This document shows, in pieces, positions 59,907 through 64,000 of a stretch of DNA of 64,000 nt (the stretch's first letter is position 1; each line of letters begins with the position of its first letter). Under the pieces are notes generated by a model. The model worked only from the letters and a program-made list of their open reading frames with translations. It ran no database searches and was not told the DNA's origin. A program made the translations under genes and the position numbers. Origin of the DNA: Candidatus Woykebacteria bacterium (GTDB taxonomy: Bacteria > Patescibacteriota > Microgenomatia > Woykebacterales > RBG-16-39-9b); contig JBBDPM010000006.1 of NCBI GenBank assembly GCA_040876345.1, forward strand, positions 264,547 to 328,546. Direction: 5' to 3'.

Positions 59907-62327
59907 TTACTTAATTACTATCTCGTTCTTTTCCACCTTAACCTCAACAGTCTCTCCCTTTTTAAACTTCCCAGAAATTATTCCCTCGGAGAGCGGGTCT
60001 TCTATTTTTTCTTGAATTACCCTTTTTAGCTCTCTTGCTCCATATTCTGGGGAAAATCCAAGCTCAACTAGCTTTGTATAAACGCTTTCATCTGTTTTGA
60101 GCTTTATTTTAAGATCTTTGAGCCTTTCCTTAACCTCGGCTAATTCTAAACTCGCTATTTTCTTAACCACTACTTTATTTAAAGGCTTAAAGACAATTAT
60201 TGAATCAACTCTATTTAAAAATTCCACTTTAAAGCTGCGCTTAAGCTCCTCCTTCAATTTATTCGACATTTCTTGGTGATATTTTATCTCGCTTTTTCGC
60301 CCTTCTTCTTTTTTGGAAAAGCCAATATCCCCTTCTTTCCTGATTAAGTGCGAGCCGACATTACTTGTCATAATGAGGACGCAATTCCTAAAATTCACAA
60401 TTCTCCCTTTTCCATCCATAAGATGACCATCATCTAATACTTGGAGCAAAATATTGAAAACTTCGGGATGGGCTTTTTCAATCTCATCAAGTAGGACAAC
60501 GCTGTAAGGGTGGTGACGAAGTTTCTCGGTTAATTCTCCTCCTTCTTCATAACCAACGTATCCAGGTGGAGCACCAACTAGGCGAGAGACGGTGTGGCGT
60601 TCCGAAAATTCACTCATGTCAAGGCGAATCAAGGCTTCTTCATCCTCAAAAAGAGCCCGGGAGAGGGTTTTGGCAACTAAAGTTTTTCCCACCCCGGAGG
60701 TGCCAAGAAAGATAAAACTTCCAATCGGCCTTTTCGGATCACGCAAGCCTACCCGAGAGCGGCGAAGAACTGAAGCGAGATTTCTTAAAACTTCCCCTTG
60801 CCCTACAACACTCTTTCCCAGCTCTTTTTCTAGGTTCAGAAGCCTTTGGGCTTCGTCTACAGAAAGCTCTTCAGTTGGGATACCAGTTATCATGGAGACC
60901 ACTTCAGTCACATCTGCTTCATCGACTATCCTAGCTTCTCTTGTTTGGTTCTTAGAAAGGATTTCTTCTAGTTGATCTTCTAATTTTTTCTCTTTTTCGC
61001 GTAGCTTAATAGCTGTATCGTACTGTTCTTCTTTAACTAAACTTTCCTTGTCCAAACGCAGGGATTTGATCTTGTCCTCAATGTGGATAGCCGATGGTGT
61101 TAGCGAGTTTACTCGAACTGCTTTTTTAGATGCCGCTTCATCTAATATATCAATTGCGCTATCTGGTAAGTGTCTATCGGTAAGGTAGCGCACTGCCAGG
61201 TTTACGGCAAGATCAATTGCCTTTTTCTTGATTCTAACTCCGTGAAAATCCTCGTAGCGTTTTTTCAAACCTTCCAGAATACCAACCGTGGTTTTCTCAT
61301 TTGGCTCCTCTACCATTATCGGCTGAAATCTTCGCTCTAGGGCCGGATCTTCCTCAATAAAATGGGCGTATTCATCCACGGTAGTCGCCCCAATACAATT
61401 AAGCTCTCCTCGGGCTAGTGCTGGTTTAAGGATGTTAGCAGCGTCCAAGGCGCCGCCCGCACCCCCCGCACCAACAATAGTCTGAATTTCATCAATGAAC
61501 AAAATTATGTTGCCCGCGTCTTTTATCTCATCGATAACTCCCAAAAGTCTTTCCTCAAAGTCCCCTCTAAAACGAGTGCCCGCAACTAAGGCGTTGAGAT
61601 CAAGACTAATGAGCCTCGTGCCAAAAAATTTCTGGGGGACAGTTCGTTCTACTATTCTTTTAGCAAGCCCTTCCACGATCGCTGTCTTGCCGACTCCCGC
61701 CTCCCCAAGCAGAACTGGATTATTTTTTGTCCTTCTGGAAAGCACTTGAAGCACCCGAGAAATTTCATTGTGTCTACCAATAACCGGATCTAGCTTACCA
61801 GAACGGGCTAAAGACGTAAGCTCGCGGCTATAATTATTTAAAAGTGGTGTTTGAGGTTGTTTAGTTGGGGTCTGGGGCTGTTGGTAAGAAGTGTAAGACT
61901 CTACTCTACTTTTTAAAGATTCGTAAGTAATGCCCCAGCTTCTTAAAATATGACAGGCAAGACCAGATGGAGTCTTAGCCAGTCCACAAAGTAAGTGCTC
62001 GGTCCCGACAAAAGGAGAACCCCAAAGATAGGCTTGAAGAGCGGCCGCCGCAATTGCTTCTTGAGAGCTTTCGGAAAAGCCACCATCATTGTCCTCTTGA
62101 ACTCCTTCTGGATCAGTTGAGGCGATAACTGCTTCCCTCACTTTCTCGGAGTCAACCTGAAAGCTAGAGAGTACTTTGTGAGCAATTGAGGTTTTGTCCT
62201 TTAAAATTCCAAGCAAAACATGTTCGGTGTCGACAATATTTGAATTGAGTTCTCTGGCCTCTTTGGCGCTGACAGAAAGAGCTCTTCTAGCTCTTTCAGT
62301 AAATTTTTCGATTAACTTCTTGCTCAT
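59907..62327 (-). CDS. clpC: ATP-dependent Clp protease ATPase subunit ClpC
   Basis: Clp-N repeats, [11 protein letters not shown] coil, [20 protein letters not shown] loop. Confidence 0.95.
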   Translation of the reverse strand: MSKKLIEKFTERARRALSVSAKEARELNSNIVDTEHVLLGILKDKTSIAHKVLSSFQVDSEKVREAVIASTDPEGVQEDNDGGFSESSQEAIAAAALQAYLWGSPFVGTEHLLCGLAKTPSGLACHILRSWGITYESLKSRVESYTSYQQPQTPTKQPQTPLLNNYSRELTSLARSGKLDPVIGRHNEISRVLQVLSRRTKNNPVLLGEAGVGKTAIVEGLAKRIVERTVPQKFFGTRLISLDLNALVAGTRFRGDFEERLLGVIDEIKDAGNIILFIDEIQTIVGAGGAGGALDAANILKPALARGELNCIGATTVDEYAHFIEEDPALERRFQPIMVEEPNEKTTVGILEGLKKRYEDFHGVRIKKKAIDLAVNLAVRYLTDRHLPDSAIDILDEAASKKAVRVNSLTPSAIHIEDKIKSLRLDKESLVKEEQYDTAIKLREKEKKLEDQLEEILSKNQTREARIVDEADVTEVVSMITGIPTEELSVDEAQRLLNLEKELGKSVVGQGEVLRNLASVLRRSRVGLRDPKRPIGSFIFLGTSGVGKTLVAKTLSRALFEDEEALIRLDMSEFSERHTVSRLVGAPPGYVGYEEGGELTEKLRHHPYSVVLLDEIEKAHPEVFNILLQVLDDGHLMDGKGRIVNFRNCVLIMTSNVGSHLIRKEGDIGFSKKEEGRKSEIKYHQEMSNKLKEELKRSFKVEFLNRVDSIIVFKPLNKVVVKKIASLELAEVKERLKDLKIKLKTDESVYTKLVELGFSPEYGARELKRVIQEKIEDPLSEGIISGKFKKGETVEVKVEKNEIVIK

Positions 62328-62356
62328 ACGCTATTTATAGAGTGCTGAGTTATTAG

Positions 62357-63562
62357 TTATGATTTTTTAGTTGCTTTCTTAACCTTTCGCGTCTTGTCCT
62401 TAGCCTGAGTTTTGGCAGTGGCCCTCTTTTCTTGGTCACTTGGCACGTCAGTGGGTTTCTTTTCCTTCTTCTTCTCCACAGACTCATCTTTTTCATCAGT
62501 CTCAAGCCTCAATGCGACTCTTCTCTGCTCCGGGCTAAAAAGATCAATACTTACGGTAACTTTGTCTCCTCTATCAAGCTTTTTGCCATAAGGTATTTTA
62601 GAGCTGTGAATCAATCCTTCGATTCCCTTTTCAAGCTGAACAAAGGCGCCATATGAGCTTATTCTTGAGATTTCCGCTTTAATTTCTTTACCAACTGGGT
62701 ATTTGCTTTCTGCTTTTTTCCAGGGGTCTTCTTCAAGCTGTTTTATGGATAGGTTTACTTTTCCAGAGCCAGGATCTATTTCTACCACTTTCACCTTAAC
62801 CTTATCACCAATTTTAAATATCGCATCCAGCGCCTCAACTCTTTCCCAAGAAATCTCACTAATATGGACTAGCCCATCAACGCTGCCCATTTCTCCTTCT
62901 GTTGAGGATGGTAGGCCAACCAAAATTCCAAACGGCAAAATTTTGCTCACTTTACCTTCTATCTCTTCGCCTTCTGAGAAGGGAAGCTCAAATTTAGGAA
63001 GTTTGGCCGCTTCGGGATTGGCCTCTTTTTCAGAAAAAACTAGGCGATTGAGTTTTTTATCAACTTCCAAAATTTTAACTTGAATTGGTTCAGTCGAATC
63101 TTTGCTTGGATTACTTGTTAAATGCGAGGATGGAATAAAACCCCGAATACCACCAAAATCTACTAAAAATCCCCCTTTATTTGATTCAACTGGGCGTACT
63201 TCTACTGTCTCATAAGTTTCCATCTTCTTGGTAGCTTCTTGCCAACGACGCTCACTTCCGGCTTTTTTGATGGATAAAATAACTTGACCACCCTCAGATT
63301 CTGGTACCAGCACATAAGCCATGAGGTTGTCCCCTATTTTTATATTTTCTAGTTTTTCATCGCTTTCAAGCTCTCGGGCGGAAATTACTCCTTCTGCCTT
63401 TGCCCCAATGTCAACAAAAACTTGGTCCTTACTTTTAGCAACTACTTTGCCTTCAACAATTTGGCCTCTGGAAAGGGTTTTTGGAGCATAGTCTTCTTTT
63501 TCAAGAAGAGCTCCCATTACTGAACTTGGGTTAGATGAAATTATTTTATTTGATTTTGCCAT
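62357..63562 (-). CDS. rpsA: 30S ribosomal protein S1 (four S1 domains)
   Basis: VDIGAKAEG, RGFIPSSH, GLVHISEISW, GIEGLIH. Confidence 0.9.
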   Translation of the reverse strand: MAKSNKIISSNPSSVMGALLEKEDYAPKTLSRGQIVEGKVVAKSKDQVFVDIGAKAEGVISARELESDEKLENIKIGDNLMAYVLVPESEGGQVILSIKKAGSERRWQEATKKMETYETVEVRPVESNKGGFLVDFGGIRGFIPSSHLTSNPSKDSTEPIQVKILEVDKKLNRLVFSEKEANPEAAKLPKFELPFSEGEEIEGKVSKILPFGILVGLPSSTEGEMGSVDGLVHISEISWERVEALDAIFKIGDKVKVKVVEIDPGSGKVNLSIKQLEEDPWKKAESKYPVGKEIKAEISRISSYGAFVQLEKGIEGLIHSSKIPYGKKLDRGDKVTVSIDLFSPEQRRVALRLETDEKDESVEKKKEKKPTDVPSDQEKRATAKTQAKDKTRKVKKATKKS

Positions 63563-63736
63563 AAAACTCCTGTTCTTAATCTAAAAGTTTCCCTAGTATA
63601 GCTTAAATCATATCGATATTCAAACAGTAAACCAAGACTAAATTTGATCTTAAGCGCCAAGGCCCACCGAACAGTCTTTTGACAAAACTGTGGTGGGCCC
63701 CTCTTGGCAACTTTTGCCATCGCTCACCTACTCCCG

Positions 63737-64000
63737 TCACTCGTCCTCGATGCCGTGATCCTTTAGATAGTCGAGAACGTCTTGCACCTTGACAAGCTTC
63801 TCTGCTTCTTCGTCCGAAATCTCGAAAGGCTGATCGTTATTCGTGAAGAACTCTTCCTCCATCGCCATGATCATCTCGACAAGATCCAGCGAGTCAGCGT
63901 TGAGATCGTCGACGAAATTGGAGTGCGGTTGCACCTGATCCGATTCGACTCCGAGTTGCTCAACGACAATCCTCACCACCCGATCGAAAACCGTTTCCTT
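63737..64000 (-). CDS. acpP: acyl carrier protein (start lies beyond the window)
   Basis: ..[17 protein letters not shown]...[11 protein letters not shown] (DSL phosphopantetheine Ser). Confidence 0.93.
   Translation of the reverse strand, partial: KETVFDRVVRIVVEQLGVESDQVQPHSNFVDDLNADSLDLVEMIMAMEEEFFTNNDQPFEISDEEAEKLVKVQDVLDYLKDHGIEDE

Overview
AT-rich bacterial chromosome segment that looks like Patescibacteria (CPR), plausibly the Microgenomates group. This is inferred from gene content, leaderless promoters and giant surface proteins. The genetic code is standard, with TGA used as a stop. Left end (1-11.6 kb): an accessory region with an ArsR-controlled mercury-reductase cluster and two interleaved direct repeats, one of which keeps a conserved hidden reading frame and may be a recombinase att site or C-terminal tail. 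Next come three type IV pilins, ndk, an M16 peptidase, argS, decayed comEA/comEC and leuS. Centre (21.8-45 kb): a surface-protein island with two giant fibre-like proteins that carry cytoplasmic DNA-binding N-termini (integrase SAM-like and MerR-like HTH), WxL-like proteins, and the most striking element, an F1-like ATPase operon (c*-b-delta-alpha-gamma-beta-epsilon). This operon has no subunit a. Its c-like hairpin lacks the ion-binding carboxylate and is fused to a secreted domain resembling the C-terminal chaperone domain of the neighbouring fibres, suggesting a rotary ATPase repurposed away from ion transport. Right part: two tRNA-Ala genes, obgE, an M23 peptidase, rho, an LPxTG protein, GC-rich acquired genes, structured non-coding DNA, PIN/TRAM, radA, FBP aldolase/phosphatase, clpC, rpsA and a partial acpP. 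All calls come from reading motifs by eye; no database searches were run.
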